Source of the DNA: Podarcis cretensis
Taxonomy: Eukaryota
Length of the DNA stretch: 64,000 nucleotides
Assembly: GCA_951804945.1 (NCBI GenBank)
Contig: OX638162.1
Location: 37,944,001 to 38,008,000, forward strand
Reading direction: 5' to 3'
The notes below the pieces were generated by a model. It saw nothing but the letters and a program-made list of their open reading frames with translations. It ran no database searches and was not told the origin of the DNA. Shown here piece by piece: positions 41,001-50,630 of the stretch. Within the stretch, counting starts at the first letter, position 1, and every line of letters starts with the position of its first letter. The position numbers and the translations under genes were made by a program.

Positions 41001-44000
41001 GTTTTTTACAATCAAGTGGTATATAAATTTTGTTGTTGTAGTTTTTTAATTTAACGTTATGCTAAATATGGTGAAGAAATTGTATTTAACTAGAAGTAGG
41101 TCAGTTTGACACACAACTCTTGGTTCCTCATTCCTCACAGCTAACTTTTTTGTGTTGTAAGAGACCTAAATATCCTTGCTACCAGATAAATTATAATTGT
41201 CTGTTTACTGCTCTTCTGAGTTGCTTGTTTTGTATATTAAAACTTACTATGCTACCACCACAAACATCATTCCTCCAAACACTTGGTGTTGTGACAGCTT
41301 TTTCTGGTTATGAACATTTACATGTCACTGAAATAGTGCCGTTATGCCTGGTTTTTGTGTAATCACACTTCCTTTGTTATTATTTACAGGAATTGACTAC
41401 AAGACCACAACAATCCTGTTAGATGGCAGACGGGTCAAACTGGAGCTCTGGTAAGGTTGCATTGCTGAAATCTTCCCAAAGTATTAAGAGTGCCTACATG
41501 ACCTTAAGCCAAGAAAGAACTTGGGTTCATCAATATAATGTTCTTGCAAGCTTAGAAGTGTCTGCCTGGGCTTATCTGGAGATGTTCATAGATACCTATT
41601 TCATTTAATTATATTATAGCATGTAGATTACATTTTTCCTTATCCCATCCTTCTCTTGTATGGCCTGGCTTCACCAGCTCGGCTTCACAAGCACCATCTC
41701 CTCCCTCTTCCTTCTACTGCTGCTACATGCTGAAAAGAAAACAAGGGGCTTACAGCATACAACAGGCATAGGCAAACTCGGCCCTCCAGATGTTTTGGGA
41801 CTACAACTCCCATCATCCCTGACCACTGGTCCTGTTAGGTAGGGATGATGGGAGTTGTAGTCCCAAAACATCTGGAGGGCTGAGTTTGCCTATGCCTGGC
41901 ATACAACATAATTTAACCTTGCATACAGATTTACAATGTGAATGGAAGACATATGAAGAAAAACAAGGAAGTAAAGGAGGACAGTAGGAGAAGATATGCT
42001 AAGTCACTTTTCCCACTTTCAGTTTGTGTGTGTTTGGGCAGATTTTATTTTTTGCCATATTTTTTGCCCTGTGGCCTAAGGACAGTTTACCTTTAAATGT
42101 GTACATCTGGTCCTGCATGAAAGCATTTTCAAAACAGTCCTGGTTCCTACTTAGTGTTCATTCTAAGAGCGTTGGTTTTTGGCCACTTATGGAAATGGCC
42201 TCTTGCACAAGGAGGATGGTGTGTGAACTTAGACACAAAGTCTCTACCACAAGAGCATCCAGTGTGGTGCCCACTAGATGTTGTTGGGCAGCATCAGCCC
42301 CAGCCAGCGTAGTCTATGGTTGAGGATGACTAGAATTGTAATCCATTGCCCTGGTCTACCATAATGATTACCACTCTCTCCCTCACATTATGCTGTTTGC
42401 AACAGGATAGATGGAACAAGCTTCTAGTTTGTGTAGTGACGGGTGTATAAGAAAAGTGCCAGCAAAAATCTGACCCTTTAGATATTTAGTAATGCCTCAA
42501 TTGCACCAAAAATCTGATCTCCCTGGGAAATCTGATGCAGGGGAATGAGGGTGGTGAGGCTTCCAGCTGTTTGTCATGCACCCCTCCCAGGTCACTGGAC
42601 ACAGCAGAGACCAACAAACTGCAACGTGTTCTGTGACTAACCTGACCGCAGCTTGCACTTATGTAGGCACTTGCTTAGGTCAGCACAGCACTCCTCATAG
42701 CATCACAGATGTCTGGTGATGCCCCTTGGTGTGCTGTAATGTTTAAATAGATGAGAAGGCATGGCTTAAATCTACACACAAGCTCTGAGGCAGCTGGTGT
42801 CCTTAACACACCCTATGTTTGTTTACTACAGAACACGTTGTACTCCTAAACAGAGTTGTAAGAATTCCTCAGTGTAATGTCAGCCTCTGGAGTAGCCATT
42901 GAATGCTGAACTCAAACATATCTTCTCCAGCCAAATTTTTTCCTTTGTTTGTTTTCATAGCAGCTTTTTAAATGAAGAGCTAAGAATTCTCTCTACAGCT
43001 AGGCAGTACTGAAGGACTGCTTCCAACACTTTTCTTTTATGTGTATGTGGAAGTTGGGTGACAGAGAGAGTTCATCAACTTGCCATATTCATTAAAGATA
43101 GCCTTGCAGGTCCATTTTTGTGGGTTAATAATGTTTTCTGAGCCCACACCCCCATCCATACCAATCATTTGTAGCACTTCTTAAATCTTCAAGAGAATAT
43201 GTTCTCACTCACCTAACGAAAAGTTAACTGAACTTTCATGTAGACAGGCCTATGCAGTTGTTGTTTTTTAAAAAAACAAAAACGTGAACATTTTAATGAT
43301 TGTTCTGTAGTGTTCCTAATGGAGGGATTTCTTATTTTGCTGCAGACTCCCTAATGCTTTCTGAAAGGGTGGTATATAAATACTTTTATAAATAAATAAA
43401 TTCGCATTTGACAGCAATTTGTAATCACTGTAGATCAGTACATAAAAGGCTCTTGGCAGGAAGCACATTTGGCATAACTTTTTCTAAAAAACGTGTAATT
43501 GCAGAGAGAAAAATGAGAGGGGCAGGCAAACTTTTCACTGGAGGAGGTTTCTAAAGCTGAGGTGTCCTGGTGAAAAAAGCCTTCACCTTTGCACCCCACC
43601 CACCTAACCACCAAAGGCGAGACAGAGCTCAGCCATTATCTCAGAATGGGCAGTTTTGAATGAGAGGGTGTGTTTTGTTGTTGTCTAGGTTGTTGTTGTC
43701 ACTGAAAAGGGGGGTTGGTGCTAGTAACTTGACAAAGGCCACCTGGTGAAACCATGACAGTTAGAACTTGAGCCCTGGTCTCTCTCATCTAACTCTCTCT
43801 AGTGGAACATATTGACGATCCTCACGTTGAACAGTCAAATCCTGTCTCCAGTGGTAGGAAGCTGGAACATAATACCAATGAGCATCTAGTCCATCTATAG
43901 CAGGGACGGCCAACTTCCAAGAGACTGTGATCTACTCACACAATTAAAAACTAGCAGTGATCTACCTCTTTTGGGGGGGGGGGGTTCAGGTGAAAGTTGT

Positions 44001-47000
44001 TGAGCTTATTTTAGGGAGAAAAATCCCAATGGGGGGGCAGGTCAAAGAAATAAATAAAAATAGGAGCTCACCAAAAGTTTGTTAATGAAACGGTCAGCCT
44101 CACAGCGAGAGCTCCGTCTTCCAGTATAGTGATCTAGAGGGCAGGGCGAGGGGACAGGGCTGGATGGAGGAGCCCACGATCTACCAAAACATCTCAGGAA
44201 TCGAACAGTAGATCATGGTCGACCTGTTGGACATCCCATGTCTATAGTATATGTATGTAGCATGTATGTCTCTACGTACCCATTTATAGTTCATAGGAAG
44301 TGGGAACGGCTATGATGAATTTGCACACAAAGGCTGGAGGGCTTGCAAAATGGATTTTACATACATAGTCATTGTCTTTGAAGCATTCAAAGTGAGGGCA
44401 GCTGGTGTTGAGCAGGACCTGGAAGTGTCTGCTGTAGCTTCTGTTGTGGTTGAATTCTGCCAGTAGCAGCCTCCAAGAACTGAAAACAATGAGCTGCATC
44501 AGTAGATAAAATGGGAGTAATGAACTTGAACCCAGCTTGAGAGTATGGATGTTCTGGATTGATAAACAGAGCTGTAAAAATTTTTTTAGTTCTCAGATGC
44601 TAACATGTAATCTATATTCCTGAACAATCAGTCATTTGGGATATCTTTTGTATGTGTACTTGCATGGAAAAGATAATATGCACTCTTACTAGTGTTTATT
44701 AACATGTATGGTAAAATTTTCTTGTGTATATTCTTCTGCAGGAAATATATTTGTGGGTACACAAGACTGGGATAAGTTAGAATGTTCTTTTTAGGCGTGG
44801 AGTATGAGAGTGCACTCTACACAAATCCATATGTGAAGCACAGCATTTTGGGGAGAAAAATAATGACTTTTGTACAATATCCTCTTGTATAGTATGTAGT
44901 TCCAGTTTTAACCAACAGATCACTGAATGGAATGGTTTTGTTATTCGCTAAGGATTCAACGAAAGGGTTGGGAAGGTGGAATGGGAAGGTCTGAAAGCCA
45001 TCTACTTTTTTCCCTCCTTCATTGTAGGGACACATCGGGCCAAGGGAGGTTCTGTACAATTTTTCGGTCATACTCCAGGGGAGCTCAGGTGAGTACAGTC
45101 AGCAGTGCTGCTTAGCTTCTGTTACTTGACTCCAGGCAAAGGTGCCACCTGCAGTCATTGCTTATCAGTTTGTTAATGTCTGGAAGTGAGCCAGGGGGAA
45201 CCAGTGGTTGTGTTTGGGGCAGCCCTAACAATGCATCCATATTGGTTTAGGCCAAGGGTGGTGCCCTCCAATTCCCATCAGCCTCAGTCAACATAGTCAA
45301 TGGGCTGATGGGAGTTGTAGACAAAAACATCTGGAGGGCACCATGTTGGCTACTCCTGGCTTTAGGCTACAGAATGATGGCTGTGCTGAAACTAGAGTAT
45401 TGCCATGGGGAAAAAAGCATTTCTATTTCTCTTCCACTATTTCTTCCACTTCAGACTGGGAATTCTACTTGTGGCCTGGGTCCTAATTTATCTCTGAAAA
45501 CATCCAGCTTTCTGAAACATTCCTCTTGTATTTCTTTACACACACACACACACACCAAAAAAACTTTGTTATAGTCTATAGGTCAGGCGTGGGGTTGGAG
45601 GGAGCCTTCAGTAGCCTGGTAAAAGAATGGTTCTCAGAATTCCTAATCATATGACTAGAAATGGGTAGAATACTTTGAAAACCTTAGAGTAGAAGTGAAT
45701 TACACGGCAAAAAGGCAGGAAAAGAACACACAGTTGGGTGTGAAGTCACCATTGACCAACTTTAGGAGAATACCTTCTGCAAGTAAGCAACTTGGAATTT
45801 TTTGTTTTTGTTTTAATTTGAACATTTGGTGTTCTGTTTCATACAGGGAATCCTCTTGGTCTACGACATTACCAATCGCTGGTCTTTTGATGGAATAGAC
45901 AGATGGATCAAGGAAATTGATGAGGTAAGAATGGCAAAGACTGCATTAGACTTCCATAAACTTGGTCTTTTTATCTTTGTTCATCATCTACAAATCTGGT
46001 TCAGGGAGTGTCAGAATTTTTGGTTTCCTGTTGGGACCATATACTGTATTGAAGCAAACTGTCAGTTAGGTACTATTGCATCCTGCTGCAGGCTGAAATG
46101 CTTCTATAACCTTCTATTGAGACCAAACACCTAAGTAAAAATCCCTGCACTAAGAAAACTCATATCCAAGTGGAGTCTAGGTTAGAATCTTTCTCCTTTG
46201 ACAGGTGTTAGTCACATGGGATCATTATAATGAGAGGTTATGGGTTGTAGCCTCACCTGCTTGTCAAAGTTAGCCCATGGAGGGATGGGAAGATTTTGGG
46301 ATTCTGCTCCCAAACAGATCCACTTCCCAGTCCTGCCCAAGTGCACAAATTCTCTTATGTGCAGGGATTTTTATATGGCAGAACAATTATTAATATAAAC
46401 TCTGGCCTGTAGTCTGGAGTAAGATAGCCCAGACACAGGTTTACTACTTCAGAAAGGCCTAACATAGTTATCAGAAAATGTTATCTGTTAATTGCCAAGC
46501 ATTAAGAGGAAAATATGTTAGTACACTTAACACTAGAATGTAGAAGGGATGGAAGGTGTGGGCAGATACTGGGATTTGCCAAGCTTAAACCAGTTTCTAG
46601 TACCCATTTCCTCCTTGGAAAGCCAGCAGTGTACTAGACTTGGCCTTCTCTAGATGCCAGCTTCTTCTATTGGACCCTGTGCCACGTCCAGGTTAGGAGC
46701 ACAGAACCCGGCCTGAAAAATGAAAGCACAGCATTGTCTTGTAAATGAGAAGTGCCAAATAGGTATTTTGCTCCCCAAAGGAAAAGGGTTGGAAATGAGC
46801 TTGGGCTGGCATGGAAGTGCGTATGTTCAGTGATTTGTTTTTCTCTCTAAAGCATGCTCCTGGTGTGCCCCGCATCTTGGTTGGCAACCGGCTTCATCTG
46901 GCCTTTAAACGGCAAGTGCCAACAGAGCAAGCCCGCTCCTATGCAGAGAAAAATTGCATGACATTCTTTGAGGTCAGCCCATTGTGCAACTTCAACGTTA

Positions 47001-50000
47001 TTGAGTCCTTCACGGAGCTGTCTCGTATTGTGCTGATGAGGCATGGCATGGAGAAGATCTGGAGGCCCAACAGAGGTGAGCAAGCACCCACACCATTGTT
47101 CCTGCCATGCATTAAGACAGGAATAGATGTTCCAGTTGTCAGTCTTCCTTCTAAGATTTGGTGTTTGATACACATGGCATTTCCACTATTGCTCTTTGAA
47201 TTTAGCTACGGTAATTTGCCTCAATGTCATGTGTGACGTCTGTCATGTAAGTTACTGTGACTTAGCTTGCTTAATGATGATTTGCTCATATTAGTACGAA
47301 TAGGGGAAATCTCACTCTGCAAAAACAATGAAACATCTGAAACAGACCTTATTTAGATATGAAACAAAAATGGGACTCTATGTGCCTTGAGTCTTCTCCT
47401 CTAGAGACAATACCTGCCTATCTTCTTCTTCACTGAGCCCTGTGAATTTATTGAACTTGCTTTATGCCCCAACATACCACCCTGACTTGGGGTTCTCTCC
47501 ATTGGTGTCATTATCCTCCTTGTATATAGAAAAGAAACTGATTAAAAATAGCTTTTTGCATGCAGCACTGAACCAACTAGGCCAGTTTTTATATCTCCCA
47601 TAGCTGTGAAAATAGGATTGAAAAAGGCTTGGATGTTGCAGGCTTGATTTTTTTTATTAGAGTATCAACTTTCCCACTCCAAATTTGATTTCTTAAACAA
47701 ACTTTATAGCATAAGCTAGCCAGCATTCAGTGAGTTGTTAATTTTCAGTTTTATCAATTGACACTAAAATTTCATGTTTTCTTGAGACCTCTATTTGACT
47801 TCTCTCAAAGCAGTTCAGTCATGGGAATCTGTCCAGCATCTTCCATGGTAGTGACCAATGCAACTAATTTATTTAGCTTGTTTGGATCACAGACTTCAGG
47901 TCCCCCCGTGCTGACTTTGGGGGTCTTAATATAGAGCATGTGTGATATATTGTTCCATCCTTGTCAATCATTCCCAGCAGCTTGATGTTTGAAGAGGCAT
48001 TGTGGACAAGGCAATATGAAGAGCAGCCTTACACTGAGCCATTCAAACAGCGCTTGACAAAGCCAGCTTCCTGCTTTCCCTGTGGGGTGCAGTTTTCCTT
48101 GTTGTCAGAAGATGGCATGCCATCATTTCTGTGGTGGAGGGATTCTTTGACTCTGTCATAGTTGACCTGCTCAGTTTCAAAAGAGCTCCCCTTCCACTCT
48201 CACATGCAAGGCTGGCAGATAGTTCAGCTTGCAAAAGTCTTCTTTGTCCTCAGCCCTAAGGGCAACTGAAACAAAAGGAAAGTCAAGAGGGCAGAGGTTC
48301 TCATCCTAGTCTCCACTAGGAGAAGGGATTGCTGCTAGCTCACATGTATACAGGTATTCTGAGATGCTGGGTAACAGGAGCACAGATGGGGAGGATAGTA
48401 ACTTCAAGCACTGATTCACAGCTGACAAGCACAGAAGTCTGGTTTAGTGTACTTACTTTTTTTGGTAATATCTGTTCAAGTCAGCCTGAGATTTGTGGAC
48501 TGAGGTTTCATAGCAGATTTCAGTAGCTTTTCCAGCTGCATCCAAGTGAGCGATTAGTTGCTCTGACCCTTTTGGCTCCCTGTGTGAAACTTTCCTGGTG
48601 ACCTGAACTGTGTCAGGCCCTCAAGTAACAGAACTAGAATGCCTTCCTCTCTTCTCCCCCACCTCCCCCAGCAGTGACCTCATCAAAGCAAATTTGCCCC
48701 ACCTCAGAGTAGTTGTTCTGCTTTGCAAAGCAGATGTTACAAGATTTTGCACACTGCTTGGAAAGAAACACGGGGCCACAGGTTCTCATGGGTGTGAGCG
48801 AGTTTGCTCATAGGGTCTCAGTCCAGCTGTGGGAAGGGATCAGAGTTCAGGGCTGTTTGCCTCAGGTTGCCAGGGCTTGTATACTTGTCAAATCGGAATG
48901 TGCTCTGTTCTGAGGCATGCAGCATGTCTGCTCACCTCTAGACCAAGCCTGTCCTCCCTCATTGAATTTTCAGGCAGGGAAGCCCTCTTCCAATTTTAAT
49001 TGCAGTCTCGAGGGCTTTGTCTGGAAGGGAATTTATATGCAGTGTGTCTTCTGCAGACATGACTTAGCCAGCCAGTCGGCTTTCCCGCCAGCCAGTTGTG
49101 GGGAGGCATTAATTACTTTGACAATGGCCCAAGAAACCTGATTAACACACAAGAATATGATTTAGGAGAAGATGCGGGTTCATTCCCAGCTCTAAAATTC
49201 TGTTGGGCATGTCACTAATTCTCTAGCTTCAGTTTCTTGTCTGGAATGTAGAGAGAAAGAGAGAGAAAGAACTCTGCCTCCCTAGAAGAGTTGTTATTGA
49301 ATACTGAAACACATATTAGAGGCTATAGGAATGTAGCCATATAAACTGATCAAACAGCCTAAACTCAGTGTTCTGTGCAAAACCTGGGGCTTCTGCTTCC
49401 CAATGCTATACCTGGTGTTACTTGGGGCTGCAGAACCTTGCATAGCTATTGGGATAGTACAGAGTTCAATATATTAAATGTTTTGAAAATAAAAGCATGT
49501 TTCTAGTCCTCATAGTTGTCAGAAACCATCTTATGGGGAAATTAGCAGTGCCAGCTGGACTGGACTGTTGAACCAGGCAGCTTTGCTTGATGGCATGACT
49601 TGATGGTGTCCACTGTGCTGGAAATAGCGCACAAGTCAAGCTTTGTACTTCTGGCCAGTTTGGTTGGTTCCCTATGTAAACTGTTGTCACAATAAGTTCT
49701 GGTGTGTACTATCGCAGGGTGAGGAGAGGTATGTGTGTCAAGAGCTGCACTTTCAGGTTATGCAGCTGAACCCCTACATCAAGATGTCTATCTAATGAAT
49801 GGGTATATATGATTTTATGCTAAATATTCAAAAAATGTTCAAGGTGGATTACAAACATGAAAAACAATTCCAATTGATAACTAAGATAAAACCAGGTAAA
49901 ACAAATTCAGGGGCTGAAGTGAATTAACCAGATCCTGATATTGGAGAAGGGGCTGAAGGATGTCCCTGTGGTGTTGCACTTCTTGAAGTGTTAATTTAGA

Positions 50001-50630
50001 TAGATTGTGGGTTGACTTATTCAGTGGAGCACTTACAAAAGGAAACTGGTAACCAGAAGTGGGGCTACACTGATCTCTTGGGCTATTTCCCCTGCAAAGA
50101 ATGTATGAAAATGTAGCTTGCTGCAGGCATACCTTTAAAACTACAGGATTTGGGATTTATAGGCTCAGCTCATCCATATACAGGTCCACGATGCTAGCTG
50201 AGACTGGGGAAGTGCCTGACACCTGAAGAACTAAACATTTGTTCATGGAAAATGGTATACTCGCACCAGAGTAAATGATACAAGAACTGTCCCAATCGTA
50301 CATCCTTTCTAATCCTGTATTTCTTTTTTATTGCCTCCCACATCCACAGTGTTCAGCCTGCAAGACCTCTGCTGCCGTGCCATTGTTTCCTGCACGCCCG
50401 TCCACCTTATAGACAAGCTGCCCCTTCCCGTCACCATCAAGAGCCACTTGAAGTCCTTCTCCATGGCTAATGGCATGAACGCAGTGATGATGCACGGCCG
50501 CTCATACTCCTTGGCCAGCAGCGGAGGCGGGAGCAGCAGCAAAGGCAACAGCTTGAAGCGCTCCAAGTCTATCCGTCCGCCACAGAGCCCACCACAGAAC
50601 TGCTCGCGTAACAACTGCAAGATCTCTTAG
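16944..50630 (+). CDS. RAB40C: Ras-related protein Rab-40C, spliced CDS of 6 exons (846 nt, 281 aa)
   Basis: Exons of 142+61+61+78+223+281 nt join in frame through GT-AG introns to give [31 protein letters not shown]...[10 protein letters not shown]. It has a Rab G-domain, a SOCS box ([11 protein letters not shown]) and a CaaX end (CKIS). The N- and C-termini match RAB40C rather than RAB40A/B, from recall. Confidence 0.97.
18725..18846 (+). mobile_element. 5'-truncated, 5'-inverted Sauria SINE
   Basis: ACCTTT tail, TSD GGCAAGAAC at 18716-18724 and 18847-18855; 18726-18761 is inverted SINE body. Confidence 0.8.
19028..19134 (+). mobile_element. 5'-truncated Sauria SINE
   Basis: SINE 3' body plus gtacctttaccttt tail; short TSD TATCA. 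Confidence 0.8.
19170..19427 (+). mobile_element. CR1-type LINE 3' UTR fragment
   Basis: ggcttttaaaaagcattagacaaatt...gatccagcagggctcttcttatgttc; similar to 760-1010. Confidence 0.6.
25014..25257. mobile_element. Tc1/mariner-superfamily MITE (second internal type)
   Basis: TA-cagtggtacctcggtt ... aaccaaggttccactg-TA. Confidence 0.8.
25765..26129 (+). mobile_element. Sauria SINE, full length, intronic
   Basis: tRNA-like head, ACCTTT tail, 12-bp TSD TATGGTCAAGAT at 25753-25764 and 26130-26141; nearly identical to 62337-62701. Confidence 0.93.
26469..26709. mobile_element. Tc1/mariner-superfamily MITE (third internal type)
   Basis: TA-cagtggtaccttggttta ... taaaccaaggtaccactg-TA. Confidence 0.8.
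28690..29102 (+). mobile_element. Probable L1 3' UTR fragment with poly(A)
   Basis: C/A-rich strand-biased tract ending in taataa-T-run-poly(A). Confidence 0.45.
29190..29500 (-). mobile_element. CR1 ORF2 fragment (degenerate)
   Basis: Minus strand gives [18 protein letters not shown] and NRFFASA, resembling the CR1 segment between EN and RT. Confidence 0.55.
30922..31175 (+). mobile_element. tRNA-derived SINE (Squam3-like), near full length
   Basis: gagagccagtgtggtgtagtggttaag A-box, gggttcgcgtc B-box, L2-like tail ending (CTT)n; older relatives at ~2090-2235, 36050-36225 and 36600-36780. Confidence 0.75.
32695..32924 (+). mobile_element. Tc1/mariner-superfamily MITE
   Basis: TIRs and TA TSD; same family as 11280, 56186 and 61832. 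Confidence 0.85.
33369..33565. mobile_element. hAT MITE
   Basis: Perfect 16-bp TIR CAGAGCTTTCCAAACT; 8-bp TSD CCATAATT/CCATAGTT. Confidence 0.85.
35290..36020 (+). mobile_element. CR1 LINE remnant: ORF1 N-terminal piece adjoining an ORF2 3' end
   Basis: [32 protein letters not shown] (CR1 ORF1-like zinc finger/coiled coil), then [30 protein letters not shown] and an attctat-type tail. Confidence 0.7.
38468..38916. mobile_element. Tc1/mariner-superfamily (Tc2/pogo-like) non-autonomous element
   Basis: Perfect 20-bp TIR CCGTACTTTTCCGTGTATAA with TA TSD; subterminal cttatacatggg repeats. Confidence 0.85.
40353..40562 (+). mobile_element. 5'-truncated older Sauria SINE
   Basis: ggcgggaaggtaaa...gctggccatgtgacccgg...tacctttacc tail. 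Confidence 0.75.
41390..41450 (+). CDS. RAB40C: RAB40C coding exon 2 ([21 protein letters not shown])
   Basis: Acceptor tttacag|g, donor TG|gtaag; 61 nt; phase compatible with exons 1 and 3. Confidence 0.96.
41763..41898. mobile_element. Palindromic hAT MITE
   Basis: Near-perfect ~58-bp inverted arms; perfect 8-bp TSD GCATACAA at 41755-41762 and 41899-41906; decayed relatives at ~16330-16455, 39495-39620, 45255-45360 and 62820-62955. Confidence 0.9.
43901..44239. mobile_element. hAT (Charlie-like) non-autonomous element
   Basis: cagggacggccaac ... gttggacatccc ends; TSD ATCTATAG/GTCTATAG. Confidence 0.7.
45028..45088 (+). CDS. RAB40C: RAB40C coding exon 3 ([21 protein letters not shown])
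   Basis: Polypyrimidine tract + ttgtag|g, donor CAG|gtgag; G3 motif WDTSGQ. Confidence 0.96.
45847..45924 (+). CDS. RAB40C: RAB40C coding exon 4 ([26 protein letters not shown])
   Basis: Acceptor atacag|g, donor GAG|gtaag; Rab LVYDIT motif. Confidence 0.96.
46853..47075 (+). CDS. RAB40C: RAB40C coding exon 5 ([22 protein letters not shown]...MEKIWRPNR)
   Basis: Acceptor ctctctaaag|c, donor AG|gtgag; 223 nt; G4/G5 region. Confidence 0.96.
50350..50630 (+). CDS. RAB40C: RAB40C coding exon 6 (SOCS box, CaaX, stop)
   Basis: Acceptor ccacag|t; [34 protein letters not shown]...[10 protein letters not shown] then TAG. Confidence 0.97.

Noticed and set aside
46811-47236. 141-aa ORF as a stand-alone gene
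   Set aside because: Only 46853-47075 is RAB40C exon 5; the flanks are intron read-through.
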